Assembly (NCBI GenBank): GCA_043228905.1
Contig: JBHGNT010000002.1
Location: 14,942,001-15,006,000, forward strand
Source of the DNA: Azolla caroliniana
Lineage: Eukaryota; Plantae; Polypodiophyta
DNA: 64,000 nucleotides
Reading direction: 5' to 3'
Part shown: one piece after another, positions 38,162-50,717 of the stretch
How positions within the stretch are numbered: position 1 is the first letter of the stretch
Layout: each line of letters begins with the position of its first letter
Position numbers and translations under genes: made by a program
The notes under the pieces: generated by a model
Databases searched by the model: none
What the model saw: only the letters and a program-made list of their open reading frames with translations
Told to the model about the DNA's origin: nothing

Positions 38162-39178
38162 TGTCGTGAAGATCCGTCACTACGCGCGGATCGTGAGGCG
38201 GAACCGCCGGGGTTCTGGACCGGAAGGATTCAAAGTCGGTACAAGCTTTGGCGCAAGCTTTAGCGAGAAAGTACTTAAGATAGATTGGGAAAGAGAGAAG
38301 TTGAGATTACACTATTGAGAGAGATTGATTGAACTTTTAACTTTAGATTTAAGAAACAAGTTACACCATCAATTTGATAACGAATTTCTTCTTCTTAATT
38401 TCATAATAAAAAAAAACCGTGTTTTTTCTCCTCCCCCTTCCCTCTTTTATAGATGCTCTCATGCATATGATGCATGTGAGGGTACAAGACATGCATAAAT
38501 TGCATGTTTGCCATTTGGCGCTTATGTATTACATGTGGTGCATGATAACCATGTCACTCATTTTAGCTCTCATGTATGAGAATTTACATGTAAAAGTACA
38601 ATGATAGAAATATAATTTCAACTAAATAGCATGGCTTAATGGTAAGCCAATTGACTCCTAACTTGGAGGTGCAAGGTTCAAATCCTTACCTGCCCTCCTT
38701 GTATATATATTTATCTAGGCGCCGGACGTCGGTTCGCCGGTGCCTCGTCGGTTACCGGTGCGTCGTCGGATCACCGGCTCCATTGCCGGTCCGGTTTTGG
38801 TTGGCCAAAACCCTTTACGAGTAGCTAGCCCACCTCCACTCTTAGTTCAAGTTACCTTGAACTCTCTATGCTCCACACATAGACACAAAGATAATATCTT
38901 TTGCTCCACCTTATATATGATGAGAGCTGTATTTGTCGTGCCTATGTGGGATATCTCACAATTTTCTCTTTTCCTTTCACAAACTTTATACCCTCATATC
39001 TTGACATTTAGTTGTCTGTTTCTCGTGTAATAAAGTGCATTCGAAACCTCCATCATTTTGTACTTAGATATTAAATCTATTTAAAATGTTATCTTCACAA
39101 TTATTGTACTATGTGATTCATACTCGATTTCTTACGTTTTATGGGATTTTCACACTATTGCCGAAAATCTTCACGACA
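38162..39178 (-). repeat. 3' LTR of G2
   Basis: Direct repeat of 50718-51734; adjacent PPT GGTGGGGGTGGA on minus. Confidence 0.96.
38628..38695 (+). other. tRNA-like A-box/B-box module inside the G2 LTR (also 51184-51251, and 26165-26225 in the solo LTR)
   Basis: TGGCTTAATGG (38632-38642) and GGTTCAAATCC (38675-38685) at tRNA spacing, with a CTCC/GGAG stem between them. Confidence 0.55.
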
Positions 39179-40627
39179 TCCACCCCCACCAAACCGCACG
39201 TCCTCCGGTACGTGCCAAGAAGAGAGAAAGTGAGATTTCGGCTATGATGATCAATTAGATTCCTCCATGTCTTCATTTTCATCCGGCCTATTATGTTCAT
39301 CGTCGAGGTAATCGAGATCAGGATCCTGGTCTTGTCTTTTCTTTAAAATCTTTACTCTTTTTCCCGCAATGGGTACAGCCAACCTTGATCCGTCTAGTTC
39401 CGCAAGGTGGCATGTGGCATTATCGTTGGCACTTGTCACCACATACGGCCCGAACCATCTTCTTGCAAACTTCCTTGTTGTACTGTGTTGATTGTCAAGG
39501 GTGCTGTCGTAAACCAAAACCCAATCCCCTTCTTCAATCTTCTTGGGACGAAGTCGATGCGTGTTGTCGAACCGAACTTTGTTCTTTACTCGGGCTGCCT
39601 TCATCATCTTTCGCGCTTTTTCTCAATCTTCAGGTCTTCTTTCAAGTTACCTTATCCGCGCCGCTAATAACTCTTCTCGGCTCATCTCGTTCTCCCACGG
39701 TATCGCTACCCATGAGGCGATCGTCCTTTCGATGGGCATAATCGGCTTTTGTCCATACATAAGCTCCGTCGGCATATACCCTGTCACCGAGCTATGTGTC
39801 GTTCTATCGGCCCACAAGGCATAGGGTAATAGTCGTGGCCAATTCCCGACTCGACCGTTGCATGCCCGTACGATGGCTTTAACGATAGGTCCATGCCCTC
39901 GCTCGATCTTCCCATTTGCTTCCGGATTGTATGCAGTCGTGAGGGAGAGCTTCACGCCTAGTCTTTCGAAGAGCTCCGTCACTTCGTGCGCGTCCAACTC
40001 CTCTCGGTCGGCCACTATCTTCCCTACACATCCATATCGACAAACAACATCTTCAAGTAGAAATTTGCAAACGGCTGAAGTCATCTTATTTGTCAAGGTT
40101 CGTCCTTCCACTTGATTTGTCAAGTCTTCCCTTGCCAGCGCTAAGTACTTCATTTGTCCCACTCCCATTGGCATCGAGACCAGATCCACCATCCATTTGA
40201 AGTGTATGGTGAGTGGGTATGTCGGCTTTAACTCATCACGATGACGTATATTTGAATATACTTGGCAAGTTTCGCATGTGGACACGAAATGGAGTACATC
40301 TTTGTACATGCTTGGCCACCAGTACTTCTCCTTCAACTTTTCGAACGTCGCCCATGTTCCTCTATGACCTGCCCAAGCACTCTCATGGAATTCGGTCATC
40401 AGCGTCTCTTGCTCTTCTTTCTTTACCACCACTCGACGTGGTATTCCTGTCCTTCTTTTTGGATGTCGCCAAAGGAATCCTCCCTTCAAGAAGTATCGGT
40501 AAGCTTTCTTTCTGATTCGTAGGGTCTCCTCCTTTGTCAACGAAGCATCTGTTGGGATTACGGTCCCTCCGGATGGGATGGTCGGATGTTCGGGAATCGG
40601 GAATGAAGACCCGAATGAGGAGTACCC

Positions 40628-40868
40628 GGCTACGGAGCCGGATGATGAAGACCCGGTTCCGGATCCGGATGATGAAGACCCCGGCTACGGAGCCGGATGA
40701 CGAAGACCCGGTTCCGGATCCGGATGATGAAGACCCCGGCTACGGAGCCGGATGATGAAGACCCGGTTCCGGATCCAGATGATGAAGACCCCGGCTACGG
40801 AGCTGGATGACGAAGACCCGGTTCCGGATCCGGATGATGAAGACCCCGGCTACGGAGCTGGATGACGA
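40628..40868 (+). repeat. 55-bp CCGG-rich tandem repeat (4+ copies) in the copia E LTR U3 (also 45541-45781)
   Basis: GGCTACGG at 40628, 40683, 40738, 40793 and 40848; contains the palindrome TCCGGATCCGGA. Confidence 0.93.
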
Positions 40869-41378
40869 ATGTACCCGGAGAGAGATCCGGATGCGGGGAC
40901 ATATTTGTGAATATGTTTGCCAAGGGCCCTTGAGGCTATATTTGTAAATAGCCCGAAAGTCATATGTGTATAAATATGACTTAGGGCAAACTGTTTATGG
41001 TTGTTGTAGGTTGTTGCCCATTGTGTATTGCCACTCTTATGTGTGCAAGAGTGAAGAGAGCAACCGAGTGAGAGAGAGAGACGAAGAGGTCGTTGCCTCT
41101 GTGTATTACCGCCGCCTGTGGCGAAGACAGTGAGCTCAAGGTTGTTGCCTTGTAGCTTCACCATTGTACATCTCTGTTTAGAGTGATAGTTGGAGTCTGA
41201 GGACTCCCGTGGTTTTTTCCCATTTAGGGTTTTTCCACGTAAAACATCCTGTGTACTCTTCTCTCTATTGTCTTCGTGTATTTTGTATTTCCTGTTTTCT
41301 GTGAGTTGATCCTATTTCTCGGTTGTGGCCGAGCACTGTGTTTAACAAAGTGGTATCAGAGCAAGTTTAACACAGAAA

Positions 41379-44300
41379 ATGGAAGGCGGCGGTAGTGGGC
41401 CTCCGGGCATGATGGTGTTGAACTCACAGAACTACGCCGACTGGAAGATAAAGATGGAAGACCTTCTCATCGTCCGAGACCTGTACGAACAGATCGACAA
41501 TGCCGAGATACCCAAGGGGGTAATAGAGTCGGAGTGGAAGCTCCTGAACCGGAAAGCCGTAGCGACGATCCAGCAATATGTCGATGTAAGTGTTCTGCAA
41601 CATGTGGCGAACGATACGAACGCCTATGAGATGTGGCAGAAGCTGTCCGGACTGTATGAGAGGAAGAATGCTCTGACCCGGACCTCCCTGATGAGGAAGA
41701 TAGTGAATCTCAAGTACCGGGACGGCGAGAGCATGGTCGAACACGTCAGCACGTTCATGGGATTCGTGAACCAGCTTGCGGCGATCAAGTTCCCGTTGGA
41801 TGACGCAATGCAAGCCATCATGCTGATGTGTACCCTTCCGGAGAGCTGGGAGAACTTGGTAGTTACTCTCAGCACCTCCTGTAAGGAAGAGAACTTGTCT
41901 TTACTAACGGTAAAGACAAGTATTCTAAATGAAGAAGCGCGTCGGAGAGATAAAGAACCGGCCTCCGACTCGAAGGCGCTGCTTACCGAATCGGAACGGG
42001 GAAGACAACGGAACCGGAGTCCGCAAAGACGGGAGAAGTCGGGGACACGGTCGCAGTCGAGGGGAAGACCTACATGCTTCTACTGTGGGAAGCCGGGGCA
42101 CTTCCAGAAGAACTGTCGGCATTTCCGGAAAGACAACGGAACCGACGGTACCGATTCGAAGAAGTCACCGTAGCGAAACGGTGCATACCGGGGAGCCACG
42201 GACCGGAGAGGTCCGGATCGGCGAGGGCAGGACGGGAAAGGAACGACGGCACTCGCGGCAAGTGAAGAAGAGATAATGCTCATTACCGAAGAGAGGGAGC
42301 TGAACCTTGCCGGTGAAGAGATGACCTGGGTGGTCGATTCCGGAGCGTCGTTCCACCTGACCCCGGAGAAGAAATACTTCTCATCCTACACAGCCGGTGA
42401 GCACGGCTGTGTCCGGATGGGAAATGAAGGTACATGCCGGATTGCCGGCATAGGAGACGTGTGGCTGATGACATCAACCGGATGCAAGATGCTGCTGAAG
42501 GATGTCCGACATGTTCCGGAGGTTCGATTGAACCTGATTTCGGCCGGGAGGCTAGACGATGAAGGCTACACGGGTAGCATCCGGAACGGTGTCATGAAGT
42601 TCAGCAAAGGGAGCCTGATAGTGGCTCGGGCCCGGAAGGTCGACACACTGTACCTGATGAATTCCCGGCTATGTCCGGAGGAGCTGAACGTGGCAGCTGA
42701 CACTGCCGGTGAGCTATGGCACAAGAGACTGTGCCACATGAGTGAGAGGGGGATGAAGAGGCTTGCAGAAGACAGCCTTATTCCAGTGAAGCATGTGCAC
42801 CTGGAGAAGTGCACCGATTGCCTGGCCGGTAAGCAGAACCGAACCTCCTTCCACTCAAGGCCACCGACGAGACGTAGCGCACCATTGGAGTTGGTGCACA
42901 CTGACGTGTGTCAAGTAGAAACGAAGTCACATGGCGGAGCCCAGTACTTTGTGACATTCATTGATGACCACAGCCGGAAGCTGTGGACGACACCGTTGAA
43001 GACAAAGGACCAAGTATTGTCCGTCTTCAAAGAACTCCATGCGAGAGTGGAAAGGGAATCCGGCAAGAAGCTGAAAACGATACGAGCGGATAACGGAGGG
43101 GAATACCGGGGGCAGTTCGAGGAGTACTGTCGCTCGAAGGGAATCCGGCTCGAGTTTACTGTGCCGAAGACGCCGGAACTGAACGGGCTGGCCGAGAGGA
43201 TGAACCGGACCATAATGGAGAGGGTCTGGAGTATGCTGGCGCATGCGAAATTACCCAAGGGGTTTTGGGCTGAGGCAATGTCGACGGCGACATACGTGAT
43301 AAACAGATCACCCTCAATACCTTTGGACGGAGACACGCCGCAGAGAGTGTGGACCGGTAGGGAAGTATCCTACCGGCATCTGAAGGTGTTCGGGTGTCTC
43401 GCATATGTGCATGTGGCAAAGGACCGGAGAGGAAAGCTAGATCCAAAGACCTGGCCATGCATATTCCTCGGTTACGGCGACGACGAGTTCGGCTACCGAG
43501 TATGGGACCCGGTCGACAAAAAGATATTCCGGAGTCGTGATATCATCTTCATGGAGGACAAAACACTCGCCGACTGGGAGTCGGAGAAGAAGATGAAGAG
43601 CTCAAAGTCGACCGGTGAGGATCAACTCTACGAGGAGCAGTCCCGACCGGCAAGGGACCGGTTAGCACTCGAGGATCCGGCCGAAGACGGTGAAGAAACA
43701 GAACCGGCCGAGGAAGATGAAACTGATACCGGAACCGGCCCCGATCCCGAAATGGATTCGGATGAAGAGGAAACGGAGGAGCCGGTTACCGAAGCTCCGG
43801 AACGGAGATATCCTCTAAGAGAGAGAAGGCCCCCCCGGAGATTTCCGGAACCAGAGCACGTGCTGCTGACCGACGAGGGGGAGCCGGAGAGTTTTGAAGA
43901 AGCAAAGCTTGACACCCATAGCCGCAGGTGGTTAAGTGCCATGCAGGAGGAGATGGATTCCCTGCAGGAGAACCACACATATGAACTTGTGGAGTTGCCG
44001 AAAGGAAAGCGGGCACTTCGAAACAAGTGGGTGTTCAAGCTGAAACCGGGAGATGCCGGAAACCCCCCGAGATACAAAGCCAGGATCGTGGTGAAGGGGT
44101 TCCAGCAGAAGAAGGGCGTCGACTTCGACGAGATATTTGCCCCGGTAGTGAAGATGACCTCCATCCGGACGGTGCTGAGCATAGCGGCAAGCATGGACCT
44201 CGAGGTAGAACAGATGGACGTGAAGACGGCATTCCTTCACGGTGACCTCGAAGAAGAGATCTACATGCAGCAACCGGAAGGATTCGAGAAGAAAGGAAAG

Positions 44301-45452
44301 GAGCACCTGGTATGCCGGTTGAAGAAGAGCCTTTACGGACTGAAGCAGGCTCCCCGGCAGTGGTACCGGAAGTTCGACTCCTTCATGACCGACGAAGGGT
44401 ACCACAAAACGCAGTCCGATCACTGCGTGTTTGTGAAGAAGTTCGAAGGATGAGACTTTCTAATACTCCTCCTGTACGTGGACGACATGTTGATCGTCGG
44501 ACGGGACCAGGTCAAGATACGGATGCTGAAGAAAGCGCTTCACCGAACCTTCTCAATGAAGGACCTGGGTCCGGCGAGGCAAATACTAGGGATGCACATC
44601 ATCCGGGACCGGAAGAAGAAGCATTTGTGGCTGTCACAGGAGAAGTACGTGACAAAGGTGCTTCACCGGTTCAACATGTCGGAAGCAAGACCGGTCGGGT
44701 CAACCCTCCCGGCAAACTGCAAGTTGTCCAGCAAGCAAAGCCCCAAGACAAAGGCTGAGAAGGAGGACATGATGAAAGTACCATATGCCTCTGCCGTCGG
44801 AAGCTTGATGTACGCAATGGTGTGTACCAGACCGGACATAGGATATGCAGTCGGAGTGGTGAGCCGGTACATGAGCAATCCCGGCAAAGAGCACTGGAAC
44901 GCGGTCAAGTGGATACTCCGATACCTGAAGGGCACGGCAAACGTGTGCCTCCGATTCGGCTCCGGTAAGCCCGAACTCGATGGCTTTACCGATTCAGATA
45001 TGTCGGCTGATGTAGATACTAGCCGGTCCACATCAGGGTATGTGATGACATATGCAGGGGGAGCTGTTTCGTGGCAGTCGAGGCTGCAGAAGATGGTTGC
45101 GTTGTCAACCACGGAGGCGGAGTACATGGCAGCTGTTGAAGCCGGCAAGGAAATAATATGGATGAAGGACTTCATTAGAGAGCTCGGTATCCGGCAGGAG
45201 GAGTACCGACTCTACTGCGACAGTCAGAGTGTCATCCACCTTGCGAAGAACGCGGCCTATCACTCCCGGACGAAGCACATCCAGCGAAGATATCACTGGA
45301 TCCGGGAAAGGATAGAAGACCAGGAGTTCGTGCTAACGAAGATCCACACGGACGAGAACGGGTCAGATATGCTGACCAAAGTGCTCACACACGACAAGCT
45401 GGAAGCGTGCCGGAAGAGGGTCGGACTGGAAAGACATCCCATGCCGAAGTGA
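41379..45452 (+). pseudogene. Copia E gag-pol polyprotein, one frame with two in-frame stops (42171 TAG, 44451 TGA)
   Basis: CFYCGKPGHFQKNC, WVVDSGAS, WHKRLCH, ADNGGEY, LYGLKQAPRQW, YVDD, FTDSD, TKHI. Confidence 0.95.
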
Positions 45453-48400
45453 AGGGGGAGTTTGTTGGGATTACGGTCCCTCCGGATGGGATGGTCGGAT
45501 GTCCGGGAATCGGGAATGAAGACCCGAATGAGGAGTACCCGGCTACGGAGCCGGATGATGAAGACCCGGTTCCGGATCCGGATGATGAAGACCCCGGCTA
45601 CGGAGCCGGATGACGAAGACCCGGTTCCGGATCCGGATGATGAAGACCCCGGCTACGGAGCCGGATGATGAAGACCCGGTTCCGGATCCGGATGATGAAG
45701 ACCCCGGCTACGGAGCCGGATGACGAAGACCCGGTTCCGGATCCGGATGATGAAGACCCCGGCTATGGAGCCGGATGACGAATGTACCCGGAGAGAGATC
45801 CGAATGCGGGGACATATTTGTGAATATGTTTGCCAAGGGCCCTTGAGGCTATATTTGTAAATAGCCCGAAAGTCATATGTGTATAAATATGACTTAGGGC
45901 AAACTGTTTATGGTTGTTGTAGGTTGTTGCCCATTGTGTATTGCCACTCTTATGTGTGCAAGAGTGAAGAGAGCAGCCGAGTGAGAGAGAGAGACGAAGA
46001 GGTCGTTGCCTCTGTGTATTACCGCCGCCTGTGGCGAAGACAGTGAGCTCAAGGTTGTTGCCTTGTAGCTTCACCATTGTACATCTCTGTTTAGAGTGAT
46101 AGTTGGAGTCTGAGGACTCCCGTGGTTTTTTCCCATTTAGGGTTTTTCCACGTAAAACATCCTCTGTACTCTTCTCTCTATTGTCTTCGTGTATTTTGTA
46201 TTTCCTGTTTTCTGTGAGTTGATCCTATTTCTCGGTTGTGGCCGAGCACTGTGTTTAACAGCATCTGCCGTCAATGTTATTAGGAATCTACCGATTAGTA
46301 ACCACTCTCCTTCGTACTCGTTCTCGTTGAAGGCGTGGAGGGTTTTCGTGTCCTGGTCTTCTGCCGACAATCGAGCCATCTTGAAGAAGTCGAGGGTGAC
46401 ATCTTCATCTTCCGAAACCATGTTACTTTCATTTGAAAATCTTGCCCTTGACAGCATGTCAGCCATGGCGTTCTTCTTCCCTGCAATGTGACGGATCTCT
46501 GGGTTTAAAGACTTGATGTAGGCGATCCACCTTAGCATAGCAAGATCTGGGGTCGCACATCCCGAGACCATTCCGAGATTTGGGAGACAATCTGTCTCTA
46601 TTATCACTTCTGACCTGATCAGGTAATCTTTGTCCGTCTTCACTGCCGACACAATACCCCAAAGTTCCCGCTTGACTTGGGCATATCTTTGTTGCCGTTC
46701 GCTAAGAACCTTTGCTCCGAACCGGACGGCATATCGCGCATTATCTTCACCTTCTTGGTTGATGACCCACCCGATTCCGGTTGGACTCGTATCTACGGTC
46801 ACGTAAATTGGTTTCCCTTCGGCATAGTCGACCTTCCTTAGTGCCGGAGCTTCAAGAAGCAGTTTCTTTAATCTTCGCATCGCCTTTGTGTGCTCGTCTC
46901 GCCATTCGAACTTTATTCTTTTCTTTAGTAGTCCATATAACGGTTCGGCGACATGAGCGTAGTGAGAAATCCATATATGATAAAATGCGCACTCTCCAAG
47001 GAACCTTCGAACCTCCGTTTGGTTTTCACATTCTTCTTTCATGTCTTGGATTGCGTTCACTTTGGATGGCGAGGGCTTCCGGCCGTATGCTCCACACAAG
47101 TGACCTACCACCAAGATCTCCGGTTGCCCGAATGCGGATTTTTCTCCCGAAAATGTCAAATTCGCATCTTCAAGCCTTTGAAGCACCTTCTCGCAATCTT
47201 TCATATGATCCGCAACGAACTTTCTACAACCTTCCTTATCTTTCGATTCATCTTTCTCCTCATCCGAACATCCTTTTATCGGAATATCATCCAAGAATGG
47301 CATCGTGATGTCCGGAATGCAATCCTTCAAGACTTTATTCATGGCATTCACCATATGAGCCACCGAGTTCGTTGCGCCTTGGGGTAAGGTACACATCCGC
47401 ACAAGCCCGATCGGAGTCCTCATGGTTGTAATGTCCCGACTATCAATCGCCAATTGGAATTGGTCATATCCGGAGTAGAGATCGCCAATGGAGTAGATGG
47501 ACCGGCCCGCAAATGCTTCGGCAAATTTGTCCATGCTCAGACCGATTCTGGCATTTCGAATTGTAACCTTGTTGACGGGTTGAAGATCCTGGATGAATCG
47601 CAATGATCCATTTTTCTTCGGCACCGTGAACCACCTATTGGAATAAGGAGCATTCGACGGTTCTAGAATTCCCATACTCACCTTCTCCTTTAAGAGCTCG
47701 ATTAGCTTCGGAAGGTGTGCTCTCGGAACCGGTATCGGTTTCAAATTCCAAGGCACATGAGGCACCGTGAAGATCACCATCAGCTCTATAACCTTTGGGT
47801 CGGCACATCCGATTTCTCGTGGGAAGAATGCGAAAGCCTTCCCATGTCTCTCAAGCATATCGCGAAACATTCACTCCTCTTCAGGGAGAAGGAAATCCTC
47901 CTTTCCAACTCGTAGCTTCCCCTTCGTCTCTTTGGTGAAGTCATGACCTATCTTCTTCGGATCTCTTAAGCTTGGATCGTTAGCGACTTCCTTCATCTTT
48001 TGCCAACTATCTTCCAGTAGCAGAACCGCAACTGGCTTGATCTTCTTATCCACCGTTTTATATTTCGTGTTGATGTCAGCTTCCTTCATCGAGATGCCAC
48101 GACGGTATTCATCGATGATAGCGTACATGTTGACGGAGTTAACCGAAATCACGCGTTGGTTGTGAAAATAGCTCAAGTCCACGACGTCCTCGATTTCGCC
48201 GATGGTGTCGTTAAATGAGGCTTCTTCCATAATATGAGTCACGAAATCTCCTTCTTCTATTATGTTTTCTTCTTTCAGCATCTTCTCGAATTCTTGTATC
48301 TGGCGCTTGTGCTTCTTGTCGAGTAGTACTAGTTTACATGCGCCACTAGGTGTGACACATGTTGCTTCTCCTTGCAATCCACGCACTCTTCTTTCTTGTG

Positions 48401-50692
48401 GGGTCTTGTGATTACTCGGACTATTTGTGCCCCATGCTTCAATAGTCTGCTCTAAAAATCCGAGGATTCGCCTCCGAGACTATCTCGATTCCTTTCATGA
48501 TTGGCTCGCACCGTTAGGAATTGGACCGATCTTTGGTTGTCAAGACTCTTTATTCGTGCGAAGGCTGCTCCATTATCGAACACTCTGGTCTCCATCCGAG
48601 ATGATGTGATATAAGGTTGCCCTAGGATGACAGGATGCGACGCCGATTCTTGTACGAAGAAGTGTTGATCCATCTCCACATCCCCGATCGTGACTTTGAC
48701 ATTGGGACAAGCTCCGTACAAATCCTCCGTAGACTTTGTTGCCGCGAGAATCTTCCATCCGTGGTTTGTATTGATTGGCCATCTTCCTTTTTTGTAGAAG
48801 TCGGTTGACATGAGGTTGATCTCCGAGCCGTGGTCGATCAAGGCTACCACGGTCTCTTTCTTCTCCCCGATCTTCACCGGCGTCTCCGTTGTCGCTCGTG
48901 CCCAATGAGGTCGAGTGTAGTGGCTGTCCACCATATCTTCATCGATTTCGTTTCTTGCCATCGTTATGGCATTCGTTTTTGCTTTTTGCGGCTTCTCTTC
49001 TTCCTCGTCCGATTGTTGTCTCTTTCTCTTACCAAGGTCCACGATCGTGTCATGGAACTCCTTCTTCGTAATGCCAAGCAATTCCCTCACGGACAAAATT
49101 ACGTGGCTATCAAGAACTCGTTCTTCGAGAATCTTCTTTAGGTCCGTCGTCTGCTCTATGTCCGACCTTAGCTTATAGGTAGGTATGGTCCTTGTCCTCC
49201 GAGCGGGGTCTTCGACACCAACCTTCACGGGCCGAACCGTTTCTTCAACTCATATGCTCGGCTCCCCTTTTCGGCTTGATTCTCGTTCCTCCGTTTGTAA
49301 AGGTCGACTCGTCTCCGCATCGTCCTTCTTTTTCGCGTTCCTTGTTTCATGTCTTTTTGATGGCCATTGCTCTTCTATTCTCTTTCTCTTTTCTTCGACG
49401 AACACCTCGTGGTTGTCGCACATCACCTCTGTGAGTATGGTGTTGTCGTCCACCGGATCCGACCACCCGGTTATGCTTTGCACACTTCGGTCCGCAAGCT
49501 CTACCTCGTTCGATGTGACTTTTCCCTTCTTCTCATATTCGAGAACGGAAGTCCAAAACATTGCTCCCGCTCTAGCAGCTTCAGTCTTGTCTTTCCCGAC
49601 TCTTATTCCGGCCGACGCAGCATAGTGCATCGCATCCACATGAGTCGCATCGGCATCCTCCATAGATTTCTTCATTCCTCCTCTTCCGAAATTCACCCGT
49701 AGGGGTCTTCTAGTCTCGCTTGAGCAGATCATGTTGTCCTCTATGTATACGATATTTTGTCAAATCGCCTCTCGAAGGCTCGCACAATCCCTTCTCATGT
49801 GGTCCATGCTATCGCACCACACACATCTAAAGGGTTCTTTTCCTTTAGGGCCCCGACGATTCATGTTGGCTAGAGTGACCTTCTCGAACTTCTTCGCTAG
49901 CTCTTCAATGATGTCGTCGTCAATCTTCTTTTCTTCCACGTTACTTCGTCTTGGCGGCTCAGCTACTTTCGGTGGTCTTGCTTTCTCCGTGGTAGTCAGT
50001 CCCGTCAAGTCGGTGTCATCAACCCATTGGCGACGCTTGTCGAGCCTATTGCATGCCCGCTTCACCGCGATCCAGTCCGCTACGAGCCCATTTGCTTGGG
50101 TATCATCTTCGAGAAGAGTCCCCAACTCCCGTCTATCCTTTATGTCCACGGCCTTCAAGAAGTACAAAGTCTTGTCCTCTTCAAGCAACACTTGGTCCGT
50201 ATTGGGGAGACGACTAAACATCTAGTCGAATTTGTCGTACACCCTCGAGACGCTCATCTTCTTATTCTTCTTCTCTATCCACTTCATCAGGGCATGTCGA
50301 GTCATCCTCGTTGAGTCTTCAGTCACGAACTCTGCTAGTATCGTTTTCTCGAACTCGGACCATGTTGTCTTACCTTCTTGAAGCTCGATGACGCGTCTTT
50401 GGATGTTGTTGGCGACAACTCTCTTGAAGCTTGCGATTTGACGTGCCTCGGACACGTCCCTTTGATTCATCTCCCTTCTATATGCATCAAGGAACTTCGT
50501 AACGTTCCTTCCGTCGAGTTGGCCCTCGAGCTCTACGACACGATCGACAGCCTTCTCCATGCTCGCATCGTTGTCCCGAGATCTTATCATTTGCTCGACG
50601 ATTAGCATCATCCTTTCAAGCTCTCCCACTTGGTTGCTTGAGGACGCCATCTCCAAGTATTAATCTCGACTTGATCCTTCCTACCGCCTCGT

Positions 50693-50709
50693 TCACGTCG
50701 GGTTCACCA
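50693..50709 (-). other. Primer binding site complementary to tRNA-Trp
   Basis: Plus-strand TCACGTCGGGTTCACCA matches the plant tRNA-Trp 3' end as I recall it; separated from the LTR by 8 nt. Confidence 0.8.
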
Positions 50710-50717
50710 CTTTATTA

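Larger units (their letters stand above)
40550..46260 (+). mobile_element. Full-length Ty1/copia E (Tnt1/Tork-like) nested in G2
   Basis: 798-bp LTRs at 40550-41347 and 45463-46260 (TG..CA). TSD GCATC. iMet PBS TGGTATCAGAGC at 41351-41362. PPT 45451-45460. Confidence 0.97.
39251..50650 (-). pseudogene. G2 gag-PR and RT-RH-INT, interrupted by copia E and a few stops/frameshifts
   Basis: Gag with CVWCDSMDHMRRDC; PR LIDHGSEIN; RT LPQG/FLDD; RH VDTS; INT HRG..CETC, FKWMVD, NGKIER, GPY. Confidence 0.93.

Noticed and set aside
38628-38695. Functional tRNA gene
   Set aside because: No convincing acceptor stem or 7-nt anticodon loop; reported only as a tRNA-like module.
41424-45296. Many antisense and overlapping ORFs in copia E and G2
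   Set aside because: Shadows of GC-rich pol coding sequence.
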